Shown: piece by piece, positions 15,615 through 28,700 of the stretch
Layout: each line of letters starts with the position of its first letter
Numbering within the stretch: position 1 is the stretch's first letter
Assembly: GCA_964016885.1 (NCBI GenBank)
Contig: OZ024741.1
Span: 374,976,001 to 375,040,000, forward strand
DNA from: Eledone cirrhosa
Lineage: Eukaryota
Length of the DNA: 64,000 bases
Direction of reading: 5' to 3'
Translations under genes and position numbers: made by a program
Notes under the pieces: model-generated
The model's database searches: none
What the model was told of the DNA's origin: nothing
The model's input: only the letters and a program-made list of their open reading frames with translations

Positions 15615-16753
15615 TGTATGAGTATGTGTGTGTGTGTGTGAGTGTGTATGTGAGTGTGTGTGTTTGTGTATGTGTGTGTGTGCGTGTGTGCGTGCGTGAG
15701 TGTGTGTGAATGTATATGTGTGTGTGTGTGTGTGTGTTTGTGTGTATGTGTGTGTGAGTGTATATGTGAGTGTGTGTGTTTGCGTGTGTCTGTATGTGTG
15801 TGTGTATGTGTGTATATGTGAGTGTGTGTGTGTATGTTTGTGTATGTGTGTGTGCGTGCGTGAGTGTGTGTGAATGTATATGTGTGTGTGTGTGTGTGTG
15901 TGTTTGTGTGTATGTGTGTGTGAGTGTATATGTGAGTGTGTGTGTTTGTGTGTGTCTGTATGTGTGTGTGTATGTGTGTATATGTGAGTGTGTGTGTTTG
16001 TGTGTGTATATGTGTGTGTGTGCGTGAGTGTGTGTGAGTGTATATGTGAGTGTGTATGTGTTTGTGTGTGTGTTTGTGTGTGTGCGTGAGTGTATATGTG
16101 AGTGTTTGTGTGTTTGTGTATATGTGTGTGTGTGCGCGTGAGTGTGTGAGAGTGTATATGTGAGTGTGTGTATGCATATGTGCGTATGTCAGTGTGTGTG
16201 TGTGATTGTTACGCGAGTGTATGTGTATGCATGTGTGCGTATGTCTGTGTGTGTGTGTGTGTGACTGCGTGTGTGTATGTGTGTGTGAGTGAGTGCGTGT
16301 GTGTATGTGTGTGTATGCGTGTGTGAGTGTATGAATGTGTGTGTATGTGAGTGTGTGTGTGTGTGTGTGTGTACGTGTGTGTGTGTATGTGAGTGAATGT
16401 GTGCATGCGTGTGTGTTTATGTGTGTGTGAGTGTATGTATGTGTGTATGTATGTGTGTGTACCTATGTGAGTGTGTGTGTGTATCAGTGTGAAAGTGTAT
16501 GTGTGTGTGAGTGTATGTGTGTGTGTGAGAGTGTATGTGTCTGTGTGAGCAAATGTGTATGTGTGTGAGTGAGTGTGAATGTGTGTATGTGTGTGTGAAT
16601 GTATGTATGCGTGAATGTGTATGTGGATGTGTGTGTATGTATGTGTGTATATATGTGAGTGTGTATGTAAGTCAGTGTGTCTGTGCACGAGTGTATGTGT
16701 GTGTATATTTGTGTGAATGTGAGTGTGTGTGTGTGTGTGTGTGTGTGAGTGTA

Positions 16754-16821
<68 letters not shown>

Positions 16822-16841
16822 TGTATGTGTGTGTGTGTGTA
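15615..16841. repeat. Degenerate (TG)n expanse
   Basis: 1.2 kb of TG-based low-complexity sequence. Confidence 0.95.
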
Positions 16842-17037
16842 CGTAGATATAAATCTGCATATGATATAGTTTGAATTCTGTCTGACGTAATTTCAGTTCT
16901 GCTTCCCACCATTACTTCCAATTCTAATCTATGCCTACGAGTGACTGAGTTAATGTGTGAGTGTCTGTGTGTGTGTGTGTGTGAGTGTGTGTGAGTGTCT
17001 GTGTGTGTGTGTGTGAGTGTGTGTGTGTGTGTGTGTA

Positions 17038-17785
17038 ATAATTGTTTCTACCTTTGGCACAGGGCCAGCAATTACCCCAGTGCATTACAGGTACTTTATT
17101 TTATCGATCCCGTAAGGAGGAAAGGCAGGGATTTGAACTCAGAACATAAAGGGCCATACCTCTATGCTGAAGGCACGGTGTCCGACGCTCTACTGATACT
17201 GCCAATCCACCGCCCTTAAACGTATATGTATATATGTGTAAATGTGTATACATGTATGTGTGTATGTCAGTGTGTGTATGTGTGTGTGAATATGTATACA
17301 TGTGTGTGTGCATGTAATAATTGTTTCTACATTTGGCACAAGGCCATCACTTACCCCAGTGCATTACTGGTACTTCATTTTACCGACTCCGTAAGGATGA
17401 AAGACAAAGTTAAACTCGGTGGGATTTGAACTCAGACCGTAAAGGCCCGTAACTCTATGCTGCAAAGCATGGTGTCTGACTTTCTACCGATACTGCCAAT
17501 CAACCGACGTTTCTAGATTAATATGCGTGTTCATAGTATTTTGGCTATTAGTTCTATCTAGAGTAGTAGAATTTAAGAATCGATAGAGCGTCGGACAAAA
17601 TCTTTTATGCCATTTCTTCCGGCTCTATGTTTTCAGTTCAAATCCAGCCGAGGTCAACTTTGATTGACCTTCTATCTTTACGAAGGAGGGAGGGTCGATA
17701 AAATAAAGTACCAGTCATGTACTGGAGTCGATTTAATTTACGCGTCCCTATCAATTGTTTGCCTTGTGCCTAAATTAGAAACCAC
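17038..17785. mobile_element. Three SINE A copies (17038-17217 -, 17316-17508 -, ~17570-17785 +)
   Basis: Family motifs ggcacaaggccagcaatt, gggatttgaactcaga, gatactgccaatcc. Confidence 0.85.
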
Positions 17786-17858
17786 AAGCAGTTCTATATG
17801 TCAACGCTAGTTTTTCACAAACATCGTCCTGAGGAACTAGCGGCTGTGGTATGGAATC

Positions 17859-20800
17859 AAGGATGTTGGTATATGAAGGATGTTGGTGTATGAAGGATGT
17901 TGGTATATGAAGGATGTTGGTTTATGAAGGATGTTGGTATATGAAGGATGTTGGTATATGAAGGATGTTGGTGTATGAAGGATGTTGGTATATGAAGGAT
18001 GTTGGTTTATGAAGGATATTGGTATATGAAGGATGTTGGTTTATGAAGGATGTTGGTATATGAAGGATGTTGGTTCATGAAGGATGTTGGTATATGAAGG
18101 ATGTTGGTATATGAAGGATGTTGGTTTATGAAGGATGTTGGTTTATGAAGGATGTTGGTATATGAAGGATGTTGGTTTATGAAGGATGTTGGTATATGAA
18201 GGATGTTGGTTTATGAAGGATGTTGGTATATGAAGGATGTTGGTTTATGAAGGATGTTGGTATATGAAGGATGTTGGTATATGAAGGATGTTGGTGTATG
18301 AAGGATGTTGGTATATGAAGGATGTTGGTATATGAAGGATGTTGGTATATGAAGGATGTTGGTATATGAGGGATGTTGGTTTATGAAGGATATTGGTATA
18401 TGAAGGATGTTGGTATATGAAGGATGTTGGTATATGAAGGATGTTGGTGTATGAAGGATGTTGGTTTATGAAGGATGTTGGTATATGAAGGATGTTGGTT
18501 TATGAAGGATGTTGGTATATGAAGGATGTTGGTTTATGAAGGATGTTGGTATATGAAGGATGTTGGTTTATGAAGGATGTTGGTTTATGAAGGATGTTGG
18601 TATATGAAGGATGTTGGTTTATGAAGGATGTTGGTATATGAAGGATGTTGGTTTATGAAGGATGTTGGTTTATGAAGGATGTTGGTTTATGAAGGATGTT
18701 GGTGTATGAAGGATGTTGGTTTATGAAGGATGTTGGTATATGAAGGATGTTGGTTTATGAAGGATGTTGGTATATGAAGGATGTTGGTTTATGAAGGATG
18801 TTGGTATATGAAGGATGTTGGTTTATGAAGGATGTTGGTATATGAAGGATGTTGGTATATGAAGGATGTTGGTATATGAAGGATGTTGGTTTATGAAGGA
18901 TGTTGGTATATGAAGGATGTTGGTATATGAAGGATGTTGGTATATGAAGGATGTTGGTTTATAAAGGATGTTGGTTTATAAAGGATGTTGGTTTATAAAG
19001 GATATTGGTTTATGAAGGATGTTGGTGTATGAAGGATGTTGGTATATGAAGGATGTTGGTATATGAAGGATGTTGGTGTATGAAGGATGTTGGTATATGA
19101 AGGATGTTGGTATATGAAGGATGTTGGTTTATGAAGGATGTTGGTATATGAAGGATGTTGGTTTATAAAGGATGTTGGTATATGAAGGATGTTGGTGTAT
19201 GAAGGATGTTGGTATATGAAGGATGTTGGTATATGAAGGATGTTGGTTTATGAAGGATGTTGGTATATGAAGGATGTTGGTTTATAAAGGATGTTGGTAT
19301 ATGAAGGATGTTGGTGTATGAAGGATGTTGGTATATGAAGGATGTTGGTATATGAAGGATGTTGGTTTATGAAGGATATTGGTATATGAAGGATGTTGGT
19401 TTATGAAGGATGTTGGTTTATGAAGGATGTTGGTATATGAAGGATGTTGGTATATGAAGGATGTTGGTATATGAAGGATGTTGGTATATGAAGGATGTTG
19501 GTATATGAAGGATGTTGGTTTATGAAGGATGTTGGTATATGAAGGATGTTGGTATATGAAGGATGTTGGTTTATGAAGGATGTTGGTTTATAAAGGATGT
19601 TGGTATATGAAGGATGTTGGTTTATAAAGGATGTTGGTTTATGAAGGATGTTGGTATATGAAGGATGTTGGTTTATGAAGGATGTTGGTTTATAAAGGAT
19701 GTTGGTATATGAAGGATGTTGGTGTATGAAGGATGTTGGTATATGAAGGATGTTGGTTTATGAAGGATGTTGGTATATGAAGGATGTTGGTTTATGAAGG
19801 ATGTTGGTTTATGAAGGATGTTGGTATATGAAGGATGTTGGTGTATGAAGGATGTTGGTTTATGAAGGATATTGGTGTATGAAGGATGTTGGTTTATGAA
19901 GGATGTTGGTATATAAAGGATGTTGGTATATGAAGGATGTTGGTTTATGAAGGATGTTGGTTTATGACGGATGTTGGTTTATGAAGGATGTTGGTATATG
20001 AAGGATATTGGTATATGAAGGATGTTGGTTTATGAAGGATGTTGGTTTATGAAGGATGTTGGTATATGAAGGATGTTGGTTTATGAAGGATATTGGTGTA
20101 TGAAGGATGTTGGTATATGAAGGATGTTGGTATATAAATGATGTTGGTTTATGAAGGATGTTGGTATATGAAGGATGTTGGTATATGAAGGATGTTAGTG
20201 TATGAAGGATGTTGGTGTATGAAGGATATTGGTATATGAAGGATATTGGTGTATGAAGGATGTTGGTATATGAAGGATGTTGGTATATGAAGGATATTGG
20301 TGTATGAAGGATGTTGGTATATGAAGGATGTTGGTATATGAAGGATATTGGTGTATGAGGGATGTTGGTATATAAAGGATGTTGGTTTATGAAGGATGTT
20401 GGTATATGAAGGATGTTGGTATATAAAGGATGTTGGTTTATGAAGAATGTTGGTATATGAAGGATGTTGGTATATGAAGGATGTTAGTTTATGAAGGACG
20501 TTGGTATATGAAGGATGTTGGTATATGAAGGATGTTGGTTTATGAAGGATATTGGTATATGAAGGATGTTGGTTTATGAAGGATGTTGGTTTATGAAGGA
20601 TGTTGGTATATGAAGGATGTTGGTATATGAAGGATGTTGGTATATGAAGGATGTTGGTATATGAAGGATGTTGGTATATGAAGGATGTTGGTTTATGAAG
20701 GATGTTGGTATATGAAGGATGTTGGTATATGAAGGATGTTGGTTTATGAAGGATGTTGGTTTATAAAGGATGTTGGTATATGAAGGATGTTGGTTTATAA

Positions 20801-22266
20801 AGGATGTTGGTTTATGAAGGATGTTGGTATATGAAGGATGTTGGTTTATGAAGGATGTTGGTTTATAAAGGATGTTGGTATATGAAGGATGTTGGTGTAT
20901 GAAGGATGTTGGTATATGAAGGATGTTGGTTTATGAAGGATGTTGGTATATGAAGGATGTTGGTTTATGAAGGATGTTGGTTTATGAAGGATGTTGGTAT
21001 ATGAAGGATGTTGGTGTATGAAGGATGTTGGTTTATGAAGGATATTGGTGTATGAAGGATGTTGGTATATGAAGGATGTTGGTATATAAAGGATGTTGGT
21101 ATATGAAGGATGTTGGTTTATGAAGGATGTTGGTTTATGACGGATGTTGGTTTATGAAGGATGTTGGTATATGAAGGATATTGGTATATGAAGGATGTTG
21201 GTTTATGAAGGATGTTGGTTTATGAAGGATGTTGGTATATGAAGGATGTTGGTTTATGAAGGATATTGGTGTATGAAGGATGTTGGTATATGAAGGATGT
21301 TGGTATATAAATGATGTTGGTTTATGAAGGATGTTGGTATATGAAGGATGTTGGTATATGAAGGATGTTGGTATATGAAGGATGTTGGTGTATGAAGGAT
21401 GTTGGTGTATGAAGGATATTGGTATATGAAGGATATTGGTGTATGAAGGATGTTGGTATATGAAGGATGTTGGTATATGAAGGATATTGGTGTATGAAGG
21501 ATGTTGGTATATGAAGGATGTTGGTATATGAAGGATATTGGTGTATGAGGGATGTTGGTATATAAAGGATGTTGGTTTATGAAGGATGTTGGTATATGAA
21601 GGATGTTGGTATATAAAGGATGTTGGTTTATGAAGAATGTTGGTATATGAAGGATGTTGGTATATGAAGGATGTTAGTTTATGAAGGATGTTGGTATATG
21701 AAGGATGTTGGTATATGAAGGATGTTGGTTTATGAAGGATGTTGGTATATGAAGGACGTTGGTTCATGAAGGATGTTGGTATATGAAGGATGTTGGTATA
21801 TGAAGGATGTTGGTTTATGAAGGATGTTGGTTTATGAAGGATGTTGGTATATGAAGGATGTTGGTTTATGAAGGATGTTGGTATATGAAGGATGTTGGTA
21901 TATGAAGGATGTTGGTTTATGAAGGATGTTGGTTTATGAAGGATGTTGGTTTATGAAGGATGTTGGTATATGAAGGATGTTGGTATATGAAGGATGTTGG
22001 TGTATGAAGGATGTTGGTATATGAAGGATGTTGGTATATGAAGGATGTTGGTATATGAAGGATGTTGGTATATGAAGGATGTTGGTTTATGAAGGATGTT
22101 GGTATATGAAGGATGTTGGTTTATGAAGGATGTTGGTTTATGAAGGATGTTGGTGTATGAAGGATGTTGGTATATGAAGGATGTTGGTATATGAAGGATG
22201 TTGGTGTATGAAGGATGTTGGTATATGAAGGATGTTGGTTTATGAAGGATGTTGGTTTATGAAGGA
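17859..22266. repeat. 17-bp minisatellite (ATGAAGGATGTTGGT[A/T/G]T), ~260 copies
   Basis: Direct reading of the array; contains an internal ~1.17-1.19-kb block duplication. Confidence 0.98.
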
Positions 22267-22339
22267 AGTTTACGCGTATGTATGTGCATGTGTATGTGTT
22301 AGCGTTATCAACCTTTAAGTCTGAAGACTGCCACCCTAC

Positions 22340-22780
22340 TCCTGCCCTAATATGTCATCCGCCTCTTGATCCCGAACGACACTTCGTGTGACTTGCACCC
22401 ACAGGCAGCCAACTCCGCTCCGATAACAATGATTAGGTATGTGATTCGGGACCCAAGAACGCCGGACGTTTCCACTGCAACATGCTCGACCACAAACATA
22501 TCAGAAAGCGACTGTTACTTTGACAGTTTGCCCTCTTCGACCTGGGGGGCAGCAAAGCCTGAGCTGGTAGCTGAATACACCAGGCTGCTGCTAGAGAAGG
22601 TGTGACAACATGTAGCATCCCATATGATGGGCTACCCCCGCGGAACGGGAAGATTATCATACCGTCTGGCCTTTTGCCGTCCAGTCGGTCAAGTCATGCA
22701 AGCTCCATCTCTGAAGGGAAACCTGCGCCGTCTAGGTCATGCTTTATGATCTCGTTGAGAGCAGCATGTCGTGGGAGAGA
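22340..22780 (-). mobile_element. CRE-clade RLE-domain fragment
   Basis: LPRHAALNEIIKHDLDGAGFPSEMELA*LDRLDGKRPDGMIIFPFRGG*PIIWDATCCHTFS...VAVETSGVLG: RH..N, KRPDG and WD.T motifs of a restriction-like endonuclease. Confidence 0.85.
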
Positions 22781-23011
22781 CCAGTATTATGTTTTTAGGT
22801 GCAATTTCCTTGTTTATTTATTAAATTCACAATTTTCGTTTCTAATAAGCTACATGTAACTGAGTTTTAAAAGTTAATATTTGGAAACTTGGAATAACTC
22901 TTCATGCTCAGTTATCTATCGAGACGGGGTTCATAGAATGCTTGATAAAATTCAGGGTTAAGTTTTTAAAATGTTGAACTTAATACCCAAGTTAGTGTTT
23001 ATGTCAATGTT

Positions 23012-23212
23012 TATATATATTATAAAAGTACACTTTAAGATGAAATTACCGTGAATAAAAAATATCTAATAATTTCGATATAATTATATATTATAAAAGT
23101 ACTCTGTAATATGAAATTACCGCGAGTAAAGAATATTTAATAATTTGGATATAATTATATATTATAAAAGTGTACTTTAATATGAAATTACCGTGAGTAA
23201 AGAATATTTAGT
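23012..23212. repeat. 71-bp AT-rich tandem repeat, ~3 copies, just upstream of the GPCR acceptor
   Basis: tataaaagt recurs at 23021, 23092 and 23163. Confidence 0.85.
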
Positions 23213-23250
23213 ATAATGTCATAGATAGCATAATTTTTAAAGACTATTGA

Positions 23251-23269
23251 TTTCAATTTTCTGTTACAG
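23251..23269 (+). promoter_or_regulatory. Probable 3' splice acceptor in front of the GPCR coding exon
   Basis: tttcaattttctgttacAG (AG at 23268-23269) ends 16 nt before the ATG, implying an upstream non-coding 5' UTR exon. Confidence 0.6.
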
Positions 23270-23285
23270 ATTTCATTAACTCAAC

Positions 23286-24407
23286 ATGGAACTCAAGATG
23301 GAAACTAATGCTACCGAGAACTTCACTCAAGAGACTTACACCCAAGAGATTGGCACTGAAGAGACATGCTCTCAGGAAGCTAACTATTGGGCATTTATGA
23401 TAGAACATCCGTTATTGCAACAATCAGCGGTTGCTGGTGCCTGGGTTAGGCTCTTCGAGTTATCAGTGGTATTAACATTCGGACTGATCGGCAATGCTTT
23501 AGTGTTCCTTGTTATGCAGAGACCTGCTTTACGTAAACAGTCATTTAGTCGTTACTTAAGTTTATTGGCTATATGTGATTCTTTGTCTCTAGTCATTCGG
23601 GCTCTTTTCTGGATTAATTTACTCTCCGCCATTTTGAAAAACGAAATCATCCTAACTTTCCACACGGACTTCCTGTGTGGCTTCAGCGAATATTTCATGA
23701 CTGTAAACCATGTGATATGTTCTTGGTTGTTGGTGTGCATCACGTGTGAACGTATCGTTGTCACTGCATTTCCATTTAATGCCGCACGATTATGTACTCC
23801 CAAAATAGCAAATACAATCCTGGTGATCTTGGTAGTGAGTGTTTGCTTTTTCCTGTCTTATGTCTTCTACTTTAGCCAGTTCGCTTGTAACACATGTGGT
23901 ATGTCTAAAGAAGCACAGAATGTACACTATACTATAGCCACAACGTTTGTCACCATGGCTCCGTTAATTACAATCATTATTTCTAATATATGGATTATAT
24001 TTGCCCTCCGCTGTCAGTCAGATATCGTTTCTCATCGTCAACGACTGGATAGTCGCAACCGGATCACCAGAATGCTTCTCGTTTTATCAATTTCGTTTGT
24101 GATTCTTTTCCTGCCAAACGCTACGCTTGTTCTCCTGATACAACTCCGCCCAGATTGGAACGAATCTTTGAGCGGAGCTATGGGACCTGTCAATATGCTA
24201 TGGGATATAAACTATGGTATTAACTTCTACCTTTATGCTATCACTGGTAAAGTAGTTAGGAAAGAGGTGAAAGTTGTTTTCCGTCAAATAAAAACTAAAT
24301 TTCCAGTAAACAAACGTAACTCCAGGCTGCCGAGTGTCAGTAGTGGTGGAACCTCGACAGGGATTTCAACCAGCCAGACACTAAGTTCTATTTATCGAGC
24401 AGTTTGA
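23286..24407 (+). CDS. Class A (rhodopsin-like) 7TM GPCR, invertebrate peptide-receptor-like (FMRFamide/sex-peptide receptor-related group), 373 aa, single coding exon
   Basis: Seven hydrophobic segments with class-A motifs: TM1 FGLIGN, TM2 LAICD, Cys before TM3, TM3 CERIVVTAFPF (E/DRY equivalent), TM6 FVILFLP, TM7 INYGINFYLY. N-terminal sequons NAT/NFT and a Ser/Thr-rich C-tail. ATG context caacATGG, with an in-frame TAA at 23277 just upstream. Confidence 0.93.
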   Translation: MELKMETNATENFTQETYTQEIGTEETCSQEANYWAFMIEHPLLQQSAVAGAWVRLFELSVVLTFGLIGNALVFLVMQRPALRKQSFSRYLSLLAICDSLSLVIRALFWINLLSAILKNEIILTFHTDFLCGFSEYFMTVNHVICSWLLVCITCERIVVTAFPFNAARLCTPKIANTILVILVVSVCFFLSYVFYFSQFACNTCGMSKEAQNVHYTIATTFVTMAPLITIIISNIWIIFALRCQSDIVSHRQRLDSRNRITRMLLVLSISFVILFLPNATLVLLIQLRPDWNESLSGAMGPVNMLWDINYGINFYLYAITGKVVRKEVKVVFRQIKTKFPVNKRNSRLPSVSSGGTSTGISTSQTLSSIYRAV

Positions 24408-24651
24408 TAGACTGTTATTTTGCTTTAATTCACATGGAACTCAAACAGAACTCAAAAGTTCCTGCACACATCTTGTTTTCATTTTATCTCAGACTACTAC
24501 CTGAAATTATTAACTGATAAATTGATTTGTTAAAAAAAAAAGAATCTTTATCACAGGAAACTTAGCGTTTCTACCCCGACTCCACACTTGATATTTATGA
24601 TATCTATCTTTCGCTAACCGCATATAACAGTCTCTCTAAAAATATATATAC

Positions 24652-24657
24652 AATAAA
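24652..24657 (+). terminator. Candidate polyadenylation signal for the GPCR
   Basis: First AATAAA noticed after the stop codon (~245 nt downstream); another lies at 24788-24793. The AT-rich context makes both weak. Confidence 0.3.
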
Positions 24658-25534
24658 TGTATTGATAGAGAGCTTATTTACCAGCAACTTTCAGCCAGGG
24701 TTCTTATTAGTTGATATATCTGATCACATTCCACCTGCTAGACAGAACAACCTATCTCTTTTACCCAGCACACACATTTAAAGAGAAAATAAAAGAAAAA
24801 CGCTTTGTTAAGAGAACATTTATTAAACACTTTGGGAATATAAACTAGATTACGTTCTCTAACAAAAAAGTATGTTGACTTGTCATTTAACAAGTTTATC
24901 ACGAAAGAAACTTACTTTAGGATTTGTACATTATGTTATTAAAAGTATCAGATAAGGAGTTCAAAAGAAAATATCAGCCACGAATATCTATAGATATTCT
25001 AATTAAAACCAGACCGAAATACGGAATTTTAAATAATAATTTAACTGTAAAGATATACATCTTAATCAAAAGATATAATACAAACGGGTAAAGACGATAT
25101 CACATTCCACACAAGAAAATCTATGCAAATATTCTGTAAAAACTAATGATAACTAGCAAGTATCTAGTTGGTAAGTGGTCACAGAAAATATAGATATGAA
25201 GTTATACCATTGGCAGGGCCATGCAAATCAGCATTAACACCAGGACTAACGCGAAAGGTAGACCTCTATTCAAACTGCTCATCAAATATTTGAGTAATCT
25301 CTACTAAATAAATATAATTTGTTTGGCTTATGGGTACATAAATGTGCATGTAATGCATATAATGTAACAAAACAGAATTAGAAAGATTTATAAACAAAAA
25401 AGGTATTGCATGTAGTTTTATTTAAAATATTTATAAGACAATTGAAAACAGCACCGTAATGCGAAACATTAAATATACTGCATTTATTAGAGTAGAATCT
25501 GCACTTGTATATAATAAGCACACCTAATTATAGG

Positions 25535-25715
25535 CAACGGCGTAGCTAAAGTGTGTTGCGCTAGGGGAAGCCCTTAATTAGTCCCACCCCACCCAACATA
25601 CACAAATATATACAACTGACTCAAAAGTGCCGCCTCAATTACAGCATTGACCGAAGCGGATCACACACCCGTCGCTCCCGTCGCCCCCGTCGCCCCGACC
25701 CTATCTACACTACTA
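25535..25715. mobile_element. Old hAT-like MITE (tentative)
   Basis: Degenerate TIRs caacggcgtagcta / tatctacactacta; imperfect 8-bp flanks attatagg / atcataga. Confidence 0.35.
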
Positions 25716-25807
25716 ATCATAGACAATAACATATCACTCGTGTATAATAGACATTGACTTTTCTTTAGTATCCTCTCAATGTTGGTAATGTAAAATAATT
25801 ATATTGT

Positions 25808-28700
25808 CAACAGTAACAAAAACACCAATATTGACAATAGTAATGTCAAACACCAACATTGACAACAGTAATGTCAAACACCAATATTGACAACAGTAAT
25901 GTCAAACACCAATATTGACAACAGTAATGTCAAACACCAATATTGGCAACAGTAATGTCAAACACCAATATTGACAACAGTAATGTCTAACACCAATATT
26001 GACAACTACAATGTCAAACGTCAATATTGACAACGGCGATGCCAAACACCAATATTGACAACAGTAATGTCAAACATCAATATTGACAACAGTAATGTCT
26101 AACACCTATATTGACAACAACAATGTCAAACATCAGTATTGACAACAGTGATGCCAAACACCAATATTGACAACAGTAATGTCAAACACCAATATTGGCA
26201 ACAGTATTATCTAACACCAATATTGACAACTACAATGTCAAACGTCAATATTGACAACGGCGATGCCAAACACCAATATTGACAACAGTGTCTAACACCA
26301 ATATTGACAACAACAATGTCAAACATCAATATTGACAACAGTGATGCCAAACACCAATATTGACAACAGTAATGTCAAACACCAATATTGGCAACAGTAT
26401 TATCTAACACCAATATTGACAACTACAATGTCAAACGTCAATATTGACAACGGCGAAGCCAAACACCAATATTGACAACAGTAATGTCAAACATCAATAT
26501 TGACAACAGTAATGTAAAATATCAATGTTGACAACAATAATGTCAAACATCAGTATTGACAACAGTAATGTCTAACACCAATATTAAAAAACAGAAATGT
26601 AAAATATCAATGTTGACAACAGTAATGTAAAATATCAATATTGACAACAGTAATGTCTAACACCAATATTGACAACAACAATGTCAAACATCAATATTGA
26701 CAACAGTGATGCCAACACCAATATTGACAACAGTAATGTCAAACACCAATATTGGCAACAGTATTATCTAACACCAATATTGACAACTACAATGTCAAAC
26801 GTCAATATTGACAACGGCGAAGCCAAACACCAATATTGACAACAGTAATGTCAAACATCAATATTGACAACAGTAATGTAAAATATCAATGTTGACAACA
26901 ATAATGTCAAACATCAGTATTGACAAAAGTAATGTCTAACACCAATATTAAAAACAGAAATGTAAAATATCAATGTTGACAACAGTAATGTAAAATATCT
27001 ATATTGACAACAGTAATGTCTAACACCAATATTGACAACAGCAATGTCAAACATCAATATTGACAACAGTAATGTCAAACACCAATATTGGCAACAGTAT
27101 TATCTAACACCAATATTGACAACTACAATGTCAAACGTCAATATTGACAACGGCGATGCCAAACACCAATATTGACAACAGTAATGTCAAACATCAATAT
27201 TGACAACAGTAATGTAAAATATCAATGTTGACAACAATAATGTCAAACATCAGTATTGACAACAGTAATGTCTAACACCAATATTAAAAACAGAAATGTA
27301 AAATATCAATGTTGACAACAGTAATGTAAAATATCAATATTGACAACAGTAATGTCTAACACCAATATTGACAACAACAATGTCAAACATCAATATTGAC
27401 AACAGTGATGCCAAACACCAATATTGACAACAGTAATGTCAAACACCAATATTGACAACAGTAATGCCAAACACCAATATTGGCAACAGTATTATCTAAC
27501 ACCAATATTGACAACAGTAATGAAAAATATCAATGTTGACAACAGTAATGTCAAACACAAATATTGGCAACAGTAATGTCAAACACCAATATTGACAACA
27601 GTAATGTAAAATATCAATGTTGACAACAGTAATGTCAAACACAAATATTGACAATAGTAATGTCAAATACCAATATTGACAACAGTAATGTAAAATATCA
27701 ATGTTGACAACAGTAATGTAAAATATCAATATTGACAACAGTAATGTCTAACACCAATATTGACAACAACAATGTCAAACATCAATATTGACAACAGTGA
27801 TGCCAAACACCAATATTGACAACAGTAATGTCAAACACCAATATTGACAACAGTAATGCCAAACACCAATATTGGCAACAGTATTATCTAACACCAATAT
27901 TAATAACATTAATGTCAAACACCAATATTGACAACAGTAATGTCACACACCAATATTGACAACAGTATTTAAAACAACAATATCAAACATCAATATTGGC
28001 AACAGAAATGTCAAACACCAATATTAAAAACAAAAATGTAAAACACGAATATTGACAACAGTAATGTCTAACACCAATATTGACAACTACAATGTCAAAC
28101 GTCAATATTGACAACAGTGATGCCAAGCACAAATATTAACAACAGTAATGTCAAACATCAGTATTAACAACAGTAATATCAAAAATCAATATTGACAACA
28201 GTAATGTAAAATATCAATATTGACAACAGTAATGTCAAACACCAATACTGACAACAGTAATGTCAAACAAGAATACTGACAACAGTAATGTAAAACAACA
28301 ATATTGAAAACAACAATGTCAAACACCAATATTGATAACAGTAATGTAAAATATCAATGTTGACAACAGTAATGTCAAACACCAATATTGTTTCTACTTT
28401 TGGTACAAAGCCAGCAATTACCCAGTGCATTACTGGTACATTATTTTATCGATCCTGTAAGGATGGAAGGTAAATTAACCTCGGCGGGATTTGAACTCAG
28501 ACTGTAACTCTATGCTGCAAAGCATGGCGTCCGACCCGCAACCGATACTGCCAATCCACCCAATATTGACAACAGTAATGTCAAATATCAAGATTACATC
28601 AGACATGTAAAACACTAATATTGACAACAGTAATGTTATACATCAATATTGACAACAACAACTCAATACATCAGTATTGACAATATTAATGTCAAACAGG
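25808..28700. repeat. 28-bp minisatellite (CAATATTGACAACAGTAATGTCAAACAC), ~95 copies, with 12-13-mer higher-order blocks and a SINE insertion
   Basis: Direct reading; variant attaaaaacagaaatg recurs at ~26583, 26946 and 27282. Confidence 0.97.
28387..28560 (-). mobile_element. SINE A inserted in the 28-bp satellite
   Basis: Flanked by ccaatattg on both sides. Confidence 0.85.

Noticed and set aside
21135-21767. 210-aa repeat ORF
   Set aside because: Satellite translation.
17859-22266. Common origin of the two 17-bp satellites
   Set aside because: They share unit length and short ATAC/ATCC words only; no convincing alignment.
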